NCBI GenBank assembly: GCA_002104905.1
Contig: MCFE01000146.1
Coordinates: 62,001-126,000 of the forward strand
From: Basidiobolus meristosporus CBS 931.73
Lineage: Eukaryota > Fungi > Basidiobolomycota
Direction of reading: 5' to 3'
DNA length: 64,000 nt
The position numbers and the translations under genes are program-made. Under the pieces are notes generated by a model. It did not search any database. It was not told the origin of the DNA and saw only the letters and a program-made list of their open reading frames with translations. The stretch's first letter is position 1, and each line of letters opens with the position of its first letter. Below, in pieces: positions 1 through 12,949 of the stretch.

Positions 1-1635
1 ACCTGATGCCCTGTCCAGAAAGGTAGCTTATTCCCTTGAAGAAGGGGATGATGCCTGTTGGCAAATGAAAAACCCTGTACTTGACAAAAGACATTTTGAA
101 CTCCTTGCAAACCAGTCCTCCAGTATTATAGCTTCTCTACTCCTTGAGAAAGTCAAGACTAGCTAAGCCACCAACTCCACAGCTGCAACAATCAAGAAGT
201 ATCTCAAGTCTCCCACTGACACACCACCCAAGTTCCCTAACGTCCAACACCTATATCTAGTCAATGACATCATTTATCACCAGCACTAACAGTTTGTCCC
301 AGACCTTGATACAATGTTGAATATCATCCATTCTAACCATGATTCAATGACTGCAGGACATTTTGGTACGGCCAGAACCGTGTATGCAATCAAGAGAGAC
401 TTCTAGTGGCCCAAGATGAAATCCCTTGTTAAGGAGTAACTGCAATCCTGTGATACATGTAATTGTGCAAAATCTGCCTGACACAAGCCATCTGGACTTC
501 TTCAACCCTTGCCAGTTCCTGACCAGCAATGGAAATCAATATCAATGGACTTCATAATCAACCTCCAGAATTCAACCAATTCAATTCAGTCCCCGTAGTG
601 GCAGATAAACTCACATAGTTGGCTCACTTCATTCTCTGCTTCAAGAATATAGATGCCAAGGAGACTGCCCACCTAGTAATCAAGAACATGTTTAGCTCCA
701 TAATATCCCAAGTGACATTGTATCTGATAGAGGACCCCAATTCATATCAAATTATTGGAATCACTTCATGCAATATCTTGGTGTGATAGTCAAGCTCTCA
801 AGCGCTTTTCATCCTCAGTCACATGGTCAGACAGAAAGAATCAACCAGATTCTTGAACAATACCTCTGGTGCTATATCAACTATCAGCAAGACACCTGGA
901 CTCAGCTGTTAACACTTGCAGAACTTCCCTACAACAACTCATGTCAGAGTGCAACTGGTCTCACCCCATTCTATGCAAATTATGGTATTCATCTGCAATT
1001 TGATATTCAGATCCCAACAAAACCTGCAAGCCCCTCAGCAGGTGAACATGTGTTAACAATTTTAGAAATTCAAGAAACACTAAAGTAAGAACTATCCTTA
1101 GCCCATGAAGGGCACAAGAAGTTTGCAGACAACAAATGGCAGCCTAGCCCTAAGCTTAATGAAGGAGATTCTGTATGGCTCTTAAGAAGTAACATTGTTA
1201 CCAGCCACCCTTGTAACAAATTAGACAACAAGAAGCTAGCGCCATTTAAGAGTAAGAAGAAGCTTAGTCCAGCTGTATACCACTACAGTCACCACCGAGT
1301 ATGAGAATCCATGACACATTCCATGTCTCCCTCCTAGAACCACTCCATGAAAGTACTCTACCCAGCTTGCACCTAGTTAATCCCCCAGCCATTCAAGTGT
1401 ACAGACACCAAGCATTTGAATTTCAGCAAGTGTTGGATTCAACATACATCAGATCCCAACTTCACTATCAGGTATACCAGGTTGGTTACAGTCCAAATGA
1501 TTAAACTTGGAAACCAGCAGCAAATATCACAAACTGACAAGATCTAGTTGCACAATTTCACTAGACATACCCCAACAAGCCAAAGCCATAAGCTTGAGGA
1601 GAGCCCCAAAAGAGGAGAATAGTGTCATGATCACA
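1..1635 (+). mobile_element. Chromoviral Ty3/Gypsy fragment (family A): RNase H end, integrase, chromodomain, PPT and only the first 13 bp of the 3' LTR
   Basis: Collinear with 25,970-27,596. Integrase motifs SAFHPQSHGQTERINQILEQYL and IHDTFHVSLLEP; decayed chromodomain (FEFQQVLDSTYIRSQLHY). Purine tract AAAAGAGGAGAATAG is followed by TGTCATGATCACA at 1623-1635, after which homology to the full LTR stops. Confidence 0.9.
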
Positions 1636-2800
1636 TTACATCCCTGGTCTCCAATGTTCTACCTAAATCTGTTTTTGGTTCAAAATATCAGGTGCAATGT
1701 TTGATGGAAGTAATGGGCAGCTGATTACCAAATTTGGTATGGATGCTAGTTGGCCTAGTCTCCACCTGAGGAATCTGTTTACTTGCCTGCCCATAGGTAA
1801 CTGGCTTGTGGCCAAGAGAGACCCAGCGTACTATAGTAAAGTTGTCCAACTAAAACTAAGATGCATATTGCACCCAACCCAACTTTACAATACTCAACTG
1901 ATTATCCACTTCTTGAGGCTGCTTAGCTTCATAATGCCAAAGGCATATGTGTCTCCATGTACCATCTGTCCTCTATGTTTTCCAACCCTTCATGGCCGTC
2001 CTCCATGTACCAACTCAACACTTTAATGGTGGACTCAAAGGTAATATTCTTGATCAGAATGGGATATGGTAGTACCTGCAACTTGACTTGTCTTTGCACC
2101 TCCCTACACTTATGCTCTATAGGGAACTCCCAAAAAGTAAAGCAAGGCCTGGTATTCACCACACACCAAGCACATTGGAATAGAGAATGGATACAGTAGC
2201 AGTAGCAATCAGCACATTCAGCTTCATGATTGTATCATGACCTCTCAAGTCCCATCACACACTTCTTGCATAAGATCTGCACAAGTGTCAATTGGCATTG
2301 GTGATACGCTTTGGGACAAATACCCCTACAATGTCATCATGTGACCCCATATGCTTCCAATGTACTCCAGGGGGAAATAACTTCCAAAGGCCACTTGAGT
2401 AAGTTTATATCTAGCTCATCCAGTCCTTACATTTGTATTGTTGCGTGTTGGTATTAAAATGTACTGGAGATTGGGAGATATCCTTTGATAACCAGATTTT
2501 TTGTTATATCTTGCAAATCCTTAGGGCTAATTTTCAAGAGGCCATTAAAAGTCTAGAACACAATCACCTCAAGGCTGGCATGCTGTTGCACTGTCAGGAA
2601 CTCAAGGCCAAGCAGAATGTACTTGATGTGTTTCATAAGCATTATCCTGGATCCAAGCAAGAAAAGAGACTTTGGGCAAGCATTGGTATGCCCAGGAAGT
2701 ATCCAAGAATAGTAGAAACTGCCAGAAGGCAGAAGGGCAAGGGTGCCATGGCAGTAAGCCAGCAGCTTTGTCAAGAACCTGTCACTGTTGTCAGAGTCTT
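1636..2800 (-). pseudogene. Degenerate CMC/EnSpm (CACTA-like) transposase fragment, mainly C-terminal core
   Basis: Minus-strand translation gives PCFTFWEFPIEHKCREVQRQVKLQVLPYP, which resembles the GP.W.YW.FPMER.CG motif, and VHWKH..HDDIVGVF. The segment 2540-2770 matches 47,650-47,860. Multiple stops and frameshifts. Confidence 0.75.
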
Positions 2801-3300
2801 GGGGATACTGGACGCAATTGCAAGGACAATAATATAAGAGAACACCTATGGAAAAAAGTACAAAGGATACTTTATGAAGCCAAGTAAGCCCAGTAATCCA
2901 TCTACGGGTGAAAGATGTAATGTTGTGGCTAGATAGGCATTGTGTTTCTGCCAATACCAGCTTTAAGGGCTTTAAGGATTTACTACTACTTCTTGCCAAG
3001 ATCATTCTGGAACACACTTACCATGTACACTGTACAAATGGACAACTGTCATGCAGCTGGTAACATATGGCCCTGAGACCATCCTGATACCAGTAGGTGT
3101 GAGTAGTTGCATGGCATTTACCTCAGGAAATGGTACCACTGTAAGGTTCCAGCTTGTCAGGAATCCATCATCATGGGAGGAAAGCATTGCTCTCACTCTG
3201 GATTTAGCAAACACAGTACCACTAGTGCAATACCAGCAAATGGCTGCAATAGCATCACCACCCCTGGTTCTAGCAAGTATGGTGCCAGCATATGGCAAAG
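2800..3300 (+). pseudogene. Inverted N-terminal fragment of the same EnSpm-like transposase
   Basis: VSSCMAFTS resembles the C.NSC.AFTG motif. Reverse-complement homology to 39,300-39,600 and 47,040-47,350. Confidence 0.65.
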
Positions 3301-3499
3301 CATTGATGAGGCAATTATTTGGTGGTTAATAGGATAGACACAATTGCTCAGAGAAACCAGCAAGTAGTCCTGTGACAGGATGAGCAAGTAATGCATGTAT
3401 AGCAATCAATATCTCAGCTAGAAAATACATTATCTAGGTAACATATAAGGAGCTCAGGTAGGTCAATGTCACAGTCAAGTATTGAGCTATTTCCTGAAG

Positions 3500-5390
3500 C
3501 AACAGCAGAGGAGCAACTTGTAGTCTTCAAATCACAACCACAGTGGCCAAAGATACACTACAAAAGATACATTGGTGTAGCAGGTGGATCTGATCAGGAT
3601 CAGCTGTCAGGATTCCACAATGAGTCTATTTTAATGCTGGCAGCTTAGGATAATTGACCCTCTACACTAGCTTGTAATGGGATCATTACAGCTCTGTGCC
3701 AATGTGACTGCAAATGAAGTTATAAACTGCACAGTGCTTTAGTGGACTCTTGATAAGAGTTGCATGGCATTCCAAATGTCTTGAATTACTATGCATATCT
3801 TTAGGTGGAACTAACTGGCAAAAACATCCAATTGCCTCATATGGCAAGAAGCTTGAGAGTGTTCTAATTGCTTCATTCTAAGCCTCCACTGGCATTATGG
3901 TCTTAGTATAGTGGCCTACAGCTAGTTCTCTACTATACTGCCATACCAACATACCAAGTGGTATTTTCTTTTTTTACTACCCCATGCACCATGCATATTG
4001 TCACCATAGAATTACCTCTTCTTATTTACTTACCCACTACTACCTTTAGTACTCCACATTCAGCTTAAATCAACAAAAACTATGACCTCCTGCTTACTAA
4101 CTTCTATATATGCAAACACCTGATGCAATTGAAACATTTCTATCACAGCTTTATGGCTTTTCAGTGTGAAACTTGCAAAGCAGCTGTATAGCTTGATTAT
4201 CTGGTACATATACATCTTGCAAACATATGCTTGGTTGATACCACCTTTGCCATGAATACCTGTTGACTATCAGCAGAGTACATCATGATATTTAGCCAAT
4301 ATATTACTTTTCCCGGTTGGATTCTAGTCATCATGAGAGGTTGCACTCTGGCTCATGCTTGCATGGATTCCAAATTGCATAGTACATAAATTAGCTTGAG
4401 ACCAAGAGAAACCTGGCATACTTTAAAAATTGTCCTATCAATGAATACTTACTTGTAGTGCCCAGCCCAACTTTGTATTACTTAACTGATTACCCACCCA
4501 TTACTACTTCTTAGCTTCTTAATGCCAAAGGTATAGGTGTCGCCATGTGCACTTTGGTCCTCAGTATTTTCCAGCTTTTCCTGGCCACCCTTCATGGGCC
4601 AACTCATCACATCCATGACAGACTTGAAGGTAGTAATCTTGATAATAATGGGCTATGATAGTACCTGCAACTTGACTTGCCTTCCTATCTCCCCACATAT
4701 GTGGTACATAGAAAACTCCTAAAAGGAAAAGCAAGGCCCAATATTCTCCACACACCAAGCAAGATGGAGTCAGGAATAGTTACAGTAGCAAGAGAGATCT
4801 GTATATTCAGCTTTATGCTTGTAGTACAGCTACCAAATCCTGGCACAAACCCCTTGCATAAAAGCTGTGGATGAAACAAATTGGCATTGGTGATTGGCAC
4901 CTGGATATATATTCTAGTAATGTCAACAAATGGCTACCAATGTTTCCAATGTATTTCTAGTAGAACTTTCCCCAGAAGACCACTTGAACAAATACTTATT
5001 TGGTTTATCCAGTCCTTGCAGTTGTATTGTTGCACATGCTTATGAATATTGCTTAGAGCTACTGAGAAATATACTAGGGAGTGGATACACTGTAATATCT
5101 TGTCAATTCTTTGATATTTTCTGGTATCTTGAAGGGCACATTTGGCTTGAAATACCCCATGTTCAAGTTGGGAATTTGTATAGGGATATTATTCAAGAGC
5201 AAATGCATTGCTCTCAGTGTAAAGGTTTTGCTCCAGTATATACCCTCTGTACTAAGTATCACAGGTTTCTGATCAGTTCCATATTCTGGCCTATGACTTA
5301 TAGGTTGCCAAATTTGCTGCAATTGCCTGCTGACTTCTATACATTCTCTCTGTGGGAGGATGATGTTCTGAGTGCTGATGGTTAGTTATT
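3500..5390 (-). pseudogene. Degenerate EnSpm-like transposase fragment (core to C-terminus)
   Basis: AMHLLLNNIP, EIHWKHW*PFVDITRIYIQ and PCFSF*EFSM motifs. Homologous to 1860-2500, 36,930-38,137 and 12,200-12,900 (reverse). Confidence 0.75.
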
Positions 5391-6049
5391 AGACTTGTTG
5401 CATCATACCATGCCAGGGTGCGTGGTGCAATCTGCGGTCTCTAAGAACAATCGGGCGCAATATTGTAGCTACCAGTAGGCAGGATTGCTCTTGGACAATT
5501 TTGCACCATGTGGGACAATCTTGCACTCTATGGCACAATCTGACACCATGAGGTTGGCACAAATGATTGCGCCCACTTGTAATGTTTACATCACATGCGC
5601 AATTGGATACTGCTATTATGGTAGGTAAAATCTGGTATTTGAATATGTTTCTTTAATGTATATGGAAATAAATGCATATCATACTATAAACTACACTGAT
5701 ACTACCATTTTGGCTACCATCACTCCAATTGGATGGTATATCAGTGGTTGATTAGTCCAGAAGTATCCTGAAGCTTCCAGCCCCCAATTGGCTGTTTGAC
5801 CAATATACAAGCTACCTGATTTGCCATCAAATATCCCATTTTGCCAATTAAGCAAGTAAATCCTTGATCCTAGTGATTGGACAAGGTGTCATAGCTAGCA
5901 CATAACCAATCATGTGGGTGCAAATCAGATCAAATGGCTGCACTGGTGCCACAGATGATGTACACATATGCATGGTGCTTATTTATAGGGGTCCAGTCTC
6001 AAATGTGGGACAATCTTAATATTGCTTATATTTTAAAAATGCATTGTTT

Positions 6050-7334
6050 GGATCATTACAAATAAGAGCAATTCAATGCAATTGCATCATCTTTTCCTTG
6101 GCTTTTTTCTCACAGGGATCACTACTGAAGCATTTGGTGGTGATTCACTTTGCACATCTAAAGTACTTTCTTGTTGACTATCCACTTGGCTACTTGTTTA
6201 TTTGTAGTCAGTATTTTGCCTCCAAATTGATGAGTGCAATGCTGCAGCTTGGCCGTGCTGAATTGCTCCAGATGATACAACTGAGCTGGCCTGCAGTGCT
6301 ACACACTGACATGTTCTTTTACTTGCCAAAGGCTCTGGTGGTGGAGGCACTTCATGTGGGTCATCATCCATCAGTTCACCAGAAGAAACTTGCTGATGGT
6401 TAGTTGTAATGGCATGCACAGACACATCTTGATGCGCTGGCATGGCCATTAACTGAGTTTAATGTGATGCCTCTTATTGACGCAACTTGGCCTGCTCCAA
6501 TGGACTTGTGTCTTTTTGAGCAGTTTGGCAGGTTCTGGTGCTTTTGCTTTGAAGTGCGCGCATTGACCCAATACATGTTGAGTCAATGCAGGGCACTCTT
6601 GTGAAGGGTGTTGGCGTAGTTTGGACTGACATGCACTGGTGTGCTGAAGTTGCAAGGGATGGTAAGGAATCCAGCAAGGTGTGCTGGTGCAATATAGACA
6701 ATGTTGCTTACAGTCTGTATTCCTCCTCTTGAAGCTCACCTTCTGATTCCTCAAGGTATTCACATACCCTCTGTCTAACATTTTGCAACTGTTGACTGGA
6801 TGAGTCTTGTGTATATTGCTCTTGGAAGCCACTTAGCTCTACTGATATATCATGTAACACATTAGTCATTTGAAGCAAAAACTCATTCAAAATCTCTTTG
6901 GTTCCCAAAGTCAGGGCACAAACTGATGCATACGGCCTGTACTGTGCAAATTGCGTGCAAAATTGTTCCCACACAGCTTCCTAATGAAATCCCCTCACTC
7001 TCAGCTCATTTTTAATTTTAATACTTGACTTGTTATATATCTTCTTACATACATCCGCTGGCATCTTGATGTAGAACTCATGCCACAGCTTTCCACTCAG
7101 GTTCTTTCATCTCTGTCAACTCACTGAGGTATCTAGTTCTGCTAGATTAATGAGTAGTGCCCAAATATCTGTATGAAGGCTCATCATAGACACTTGGGCC
7201 ATACTGAAATCATTTGGCAAGAACTCAAACAGATCCAACATTGCCTTTTCCAGTCCGGACCAAGCTTGTGAGCTGGGGGATGGGTTTTGTTTGGGTTGAA
7301 CTAAAGATGAGTTGAAACTTGGTATAGGGACCAT
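6050..7334 (-). pseudogene. ~425-codon uncharacterised ORF relic (putative accessory gene of the PHIS element)
   Basis: Track ORFs 7116-7334, 6708-6974, 6474-6701 and 6198-6449 share one frame. They are joined by in-frame TGA/TAG/TAA codons with no frameshift, and read-through continues to ~6060. No recognisable domain. Confidence 0.6.
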
Positions 7335-7642
7335 AGTGACAGATTTGGATACTTATATAGTGGTGCATTGGCATCAACCTGGTCTTATATGAAATATACA
7401 TGAAAACTAATGTGATTGTTGAATTTTCCATATATTATGCATGATGCATCTTGGATTGCATTCACAAGGATCAGATCACATTGACTGCAGATTTCCTATT
7501 TGATTATAGACTTGGGAGTAAAACATCAATAAAATACCCACTCATTGTTTGAGGATGATTTTTGCAACATAATGATGGGATACATGGCGATTCATAGAGA
7601 TTTAATCATAATGCATGGAAAATCACATAATTAAGGCTGATT

Positions 7643-8510
7643 GTGCCAAATCAAATCAAATCATCTCAGCACAATCCTCCCAATTTTAATATGACTTACT
7701 CATCTGAATGGTCTTTTCTCATCAATCCAATCACTACCACTGGATTTCCTTTTGACACACTAGAGGAGATCTATACCAAGTACTGTGGTCCATCTACCCC
7801 AATCTACTCAAGGAGATCCCATGTTAAGCTTCTCTGCTATTACAAGAACTATTGCCCTACAAGGCTTCATCCCACCATCTGTGGCAACAGAAGTCCTAGA
7901 AGCTTTCATTCTCAGCTGACAGCAATTGAGAACCACCTTGCAGAGGGTATTTAATGACTTAGAGCAAGCTTGGAGTACTAGGTTTAGAAGCTCTAATAGA
8001 CTTCCATATCCCAGAGTGCTCAGCAACAGGTTCCATTTAAGGAGTACTTTGGATACCTTCCCAGTCAGGATTAACAGACCTTCCAGAGGGCAGAGGCACT
8101 TCTATTCTGGCAAGTACAAGGCACACTGGGTGAAGCCTCAAGCACTGTCTGTACAAGGTACACTGTGTGAAATTCGGTAGAGGGGAGAAATGTATGGCAG
8201 ACTTAGCTTATGTAGGAGAGGATTGTCAGAGATTAGGATGTATTACAGCATATAGGAAGCCAGGGAATGGTGTGCTTAGCAGGAAGCAGAAGCTCTACAA
8301 TGAGATATATACCATTTAAGAGTGAGGGTAGAGCATACATTTGAATATCTGAAGAGATTCAGCATATTGGCTGGTAAATACAGAGGAAGGTCATATATAA
8401 GAGAAAACAGCAGAATATGTAAAGTAGTTAAGATACTTATCAGTGCACAGTATACTCATATAAGAAGACATCTGCTGAGAGATATTTGTCTGGAGCATTA
8501 TGAAGAGTAA
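7643..8510 (+). pseudogene. DDE_Tnp_4-type (Harbinger/ISL2EU-like) transposase pseudogene
   Basis: The catalytic triad is recoverable across frameshifts: LDTFPVRINRP..QRHFYSGKYKAH.VK.Q (D1), MADLAYVG...ITAYRKPGNGVLSRKQKLYN (D2) and RVEHTFEYLKRFSILAGKYRG (E). Confidence 0.85.
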
Positions 8511-8523
8511 ATAAAGCAAGGAG

Positions 8524-9052
8524 TGTTATGAATAGACACAAGGCAGGAGAGTAGAGCTACGCAAGGCAGGACCAGCTGAGGACTTAGGTGTGGATCAACA
8601 AGGCAAGGCAGATTTCCAAGGCAAGGCTGTTTAATCAAGACCTGTGTTTATCAGACTGAGGAATACCTAAGGGGGGATAGGACTATATATACTTTTTGGC
8701 TATACTGATGCCAAGAGATACTAGCTATTACTAATGGGGTTGTGGGGTGAGGCACAGCAGCAGTGCTGGGGATAATAATATAGAAGGCAAGGCACTGAGA
8801 CAGGATGGGGAAATGGATTGGGTCACTTGATCATGTGACTGAGTCATGTGACCTGGTATTTCCATACATGGGACTAGACTATGAGAAGTACCATGGGAAG
8901 CTTCCATGGAATGTTTCATTGTATAACAATGGTTTGGAATGGTCAGGAACTTTCTGGATGGTGGTAGAAGGTTTCAGAAGGAATCTCTTAGAAAATGAGC
9001 TAGGAAGCTGAAACTTGGCATGGGTGTTCATGGTTGCCATGTGATCATGACA
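8524..9052 (-). mobile_element. Solo LTR of chromoviral family A
   Basis: Reverse complement of LTR 27,584-28,094, with TG...CA ends. Perfect 5-bp TSD AGGAG at 8519-8523 and 9053-9057. Confidence 0.9.
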
Positions 9053-10121
9053 AGGAGAGCACTATTCTGAGCAACATAAGGAAGATTATATAAAATTTCC
9101 AGGAACCATATCCTGCCAATGGCACTAAGATAGTGTTAATAGTGCCAGATAGTGCCATAGCATGCCAGATTGATCTGGCACTATAAACAGGCTGGCACTC
9201 TGTGGCACTATCCAACAGAACAAGTCTAGTATGCCCACAAAAGGTAAAAATGTAGATTCCTCAGGCTGTCTGTCAAGCAGGCAGTTGTAAATCTCTGCAA
9301 AGCTACCAACTGGCCATATTGCTCAGGTAGATGAGTATGTATTAGGTGCAGTACCTCTGATTGCAGACCAGCAAGTGGCTGTCATAATATCACAACCACC
9401 TGTGTAAGCAAGTACCTATCAGTTGCTACTGCACCAACAATATCTTTCCAGCCACTTGGTACTTTCATAATAGCCTCTAGCCATTCTTGTCACCTGGCTC
9501 AAACCAATATGGGTGAGTTTGTTACACTTTTGGGCTCACCACAGTTCACTGTGTATGGCCTACAGAGTAATAGCTCTGACAAAGTAGGCTTATTGTTGAG
9601 TGGTGAGCTTCTCTCCCCTCTTAACAGTATTCCGCATAATCCCAGCAAGATCCTAATGTGCAATGAGGCAACACTTGTAAAAGAAATCTGAGAATGCTTT
9701 ATAAAGCCCAGTGAGCACAGTAGGCCATATACCGGTGAATGATGGAGTTTTATGGCTAGAGAAGTGGCACACTTCCACCACAATCAGAAGTGGGAGCTTT
9801 GTGGATTAGATCCTACTACTTGCCAAAATGATTACAGGATGCAGCTTACCATGTGCTTGGTGCAAATGAAAAACCGTCATGCAGCTGGTAACAAATGCCC
9901 TGGAGACTGTCCCATTATTCCATGTGTTTACAGTTGCAATGAGTTCACATAAAAAATGCCACCATTGCTAGGTGTCTAACTTGTAAGAAATCCACTATTA
10001 CAAGAGGGATATATTACTTGGACACCAGACATATTCCAGTAACACCCCATCTAAGGAAGCTCAAACAGTCCTACAAATATTTCAAAGCTACAAAGTATCA
10101 TAGTCAATATCAGTTAAGCAT

Positions 10122-11221
10122 TGCAATGGTGTATAAGTCCAAGGGTGAAATACATCCAACACTTTTCAAGTGTTTTGGGTGTGGGGTGCTCATTGGGTGC
10201 AATAACCTCTGGCAAAAGCTTGCTAGGAGTACTTGGGTTCTGTCTCCAATCTAATGTGATGCAGAATAAAGTCACAAGCTTGTCAAGGCAAAACTATTAA
10301 GCTACAATCCCCAACTTAGTTGGCATCTTGACAAAAGTATGTGCTGGACTCAGTGTCCATTAAGGTGACAAGATACTAAAGCCTCCAAAGTCAAAACAGC
10401 TATAAACTCCACCAGCAGGGACTTGATAAGAATGCAGCTGTGGTCAATAGTTACAAAGACAGAAAAGTATCTTTGCCTGTACAAGAACAAACTTGGGAAA
10501 GAATCAAATGTAATAAAAGATACCAATTATGAGTATTTCTCACAAGTAGTGCCTCCTGCATCAGTTGGCTGTCAGCATTGTTTCCTGGTAGTGTCTTTTG
10601 TTCTGGGGTTGGAAGTTCAGGTAGCAGCAGGTAGCAGTGATCACACTAATCAAGAAGTTGGTATATTGAAAAATGGGATGATGATTTATTGTCAAGGGAT
10701 TGCCTCCATTATATACTTTTCTTACTGGCTAGGTGATTACTAATCATGGTGTTCCAGAAGTATCCAGATATCAATAGAAATATCAATGACATCAGAATGA
10801 CCTAAGAATGCTCTAAGTAGGTGCTGGAAGGTTCTAAGAGGCACAGCACATCCAACCAGAAGGTTCTAAGAAGCACAGCACCTCCAACCAATCAGGAATC
10901 AGTACTCTGAAGCCTATGTAATACAGGGATAACATATATGGTTTGGAAATGGTAGGGATGGTGACAGGGGTTGATCATGTGTCACAGGTACTGACATGGG
11001 TTCTGCCTAATATAGAGCACTTACAGCTAGTGATCTTACATAAAGTGAGGTATAACTTATGCAATATGGTAAGCAGGTGTGATAGTCAACCAGCTTATGG
11101 GATAGCACTGATCAGGTAAGACAAATGGGATAAACTAAAATAAGTGTAGTAGAGATATAGGGAAGTAGAAAATATGGGAATGAGCACATCTATCAGTGAG
11201 TGTCACTGTGACCCCACTACA
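10122..11221 (-). mobile_element. Solo LTR (~1.1 kb) of Gypsy family D
   Basis: Ends TGCAATGG...CCACTACA are a decayed TGTAGTGG inverted repeat. Homologous to 17,202-18,277, 29,606-30,063 and 45,786-46,468. 4-bp flanks are GCAT/GTGC; the empty site in the paralogue at ~39,185 reads GTGC. Confidence 0.85.
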
Positions 11222-11368
11222 GTGCAAACATTTCTACATATTTTATGGCAAACATTACAAGCAACCAAGAAGCAAGGGCTCTTATGACAGCATATATGAA
11301 TATGCCATAACTTTGACACTTGATAGATTTTCATTAAACAAGTACCCTGACAGCAGGTCCTGTGGCTG

Positions 11369-11736
11369 TGTTATAATCTACTGCTCAAATGTTTAAGTTA
11401 GATCAGGTCCTAGTCTAGTCAACTAGCTCTATATTTAGCCTATCAGTATAGCAAGGTTATCTATCAAATCAGTAGCATTAGTCAGCAAATGAATTGGCAG
11501 ATCCTTATCAGAAAGATATAGATATATTAAGCAGGATCTTATTAGAAGATGATGATGCAATCAAATGAGTCATCAGCCACAATCTATTTTAGGAAATAAA
11601 ACTAGTCAGCAATTGATCTGGCAAAATGTACATAAGGGGCTGCTGGAACCTCAATAAAAATTAGTTCAAGTTTAATGAATGCAATACTAGCTAAACTCCC
11701 TGTTCCTCTACAACTCTGATACCAAGAATTGTAACA
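11369..11736 (+). mobile_element. Solo LTR of Gypsy family B
   Basis: TGTTAT...GTAACA ends; reverse complement of LTRs at 20,461-20,804 and 21,149-21,493. Perfect 4-bp TSD GCTG at 11,365-68 and 11,737-40. Confidence 0.9.
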
Positions 11737-12949
11737 GCTGCTGACTCTCATCAGCCTGAACTGCCACCTATCATATTTCATCAGTGCTGAAATCTGATGT
11801 TGGTTTCCCTAGTATCTGGGCCCAAGGCACCTTCCAACCAGGATAGCCATTTGTATCCATTACAGAGTGTGTTTTTTAAGCCTTACCATGGGTATTAGTA
11901 AGCAACCATCATGTTAAAGCACATATAACTATCTGTATTGAAGTTACCCCAGCTATAAGCATGAGGGGCAACTTGATGGGTAAAATGTATATTAATACTG
12001 TCAAATGCAGGAGATCCAGGGCATTTACTTCAATACTCATACAAACTGCTATTATCCGTACTTTAGCACTGGGGACATCCTTGTCCCACCAAAAGAGTTT
12101 TCCAAAGTCTGCATGCCATTACAGAAAAGCTGGTAAGCCACAAGCTATTGACCAGAATATGGAATTTTTCCAAACTAGAGGCACTAAAGATAGAGGGGAT
12201 CTGTTGGAGCAAAAGCCTTCCACTGGGGGCAATGAATTTGCTTTTCAAAAATACTCCTGTACCAAAGACCAAGTTGAGCATGGGGAAACTCAGCCTAAAT
12301 AAGCCCTTGAAGATACCAGAGAAGTTTGAAAGAACTGGGAAGATACTACAGATTATCTTGCACCCAAAGTACTTGACAGGCTCCAATCAATATACATATG
12401 AATATGTAACAGCACAAAGGCAAGGGCTAAGTGAACCGGACAGGTATTCATTCAAGTGGCCTTGTAAAGCAAGTTCCACCAGATGTTTATTGGCAACATT
12501 GGGAGTTGATTCTTGATATTGTCAGAATCTTGATCCAGAAGCATAGCCTCAATATCAACTCATTGCATTTACTTAATGATTTGAATGGCAGCACTACAAG
12601 CACAAAGCCAAATATGTGAATCTTTGCTGCTACTGCAGCCAATATCTACTCAATCTTCTTTGGTGTATGGAGGAGAATGGAGTTTACTCTACATTTTGGG
12701 AGTTTTCTATGGAGTAGATGGCAGGGGGATAGGAAAACAGGTACTGTTGCAGGTACTGCAATATCCCAATTTCACCAAGAATAGATCTTGAAGTTTGTCA
12801 TAATTATGACAAGTTAGTACAGCCAGGAAGAGGTTGAAATTTGAGGAGAGGTATGCAAATGGAAGCACCTATATCTTCAACATCAAGAAGCAAAGCAGAC
12901 ACAACATGCAATTATCAATTGATTAGTGGAATGTCAGGTAAGACACAAC

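Larger units (their letters stand above)
5391..9227. mobile_element. Putative two-gene PHIS (PIF/Harbinger-ISL2EU-like) DNA transposon, decayed, carrying a solo-LTR insertion
   Basis: Termini AGACTTGTT (5391) and AACAAGTCT (9227) are inverted repeats. Subterminal GGCAC(A/T)AT-like motifs occur at both ends. It encloses divergent ORF relics, one a DDE_Tnp_4-type transposase. Flanks ATT/AGT are an imperfect match and the flanking sequences are not collinear, so the pairing of the ends is inferred. Confidence 0.6.

Noticed and set aside
1860-2170. Possible group II intron maturase or L1 RT tail (FTFWEF, SWAGHYK)
   Set aside because: No YADD or RT core anywhere in this family; the motif fits the CMC transposase W.FP.ER.CG signature better.
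2433-2837. 134-aa plus-strand ORF conserved with 47,574-47,873
   Set aside because: Both lie antisense to the EnSpm-like gene; the similarity reflects repeat homology, not an independent gene.
4930-5385. 151-aa plus-strand ORF
   Set aside because: Antisense shadow of the transposase fragment.
9060-9227. Short GGCACTAT/GTGCCAGAT repeats resembling a CRISPR-like array
   Set aside because: Irregular spacing, both orientations and no unique spacers; these are transposon subterminal repeats in a eukaryotic context.
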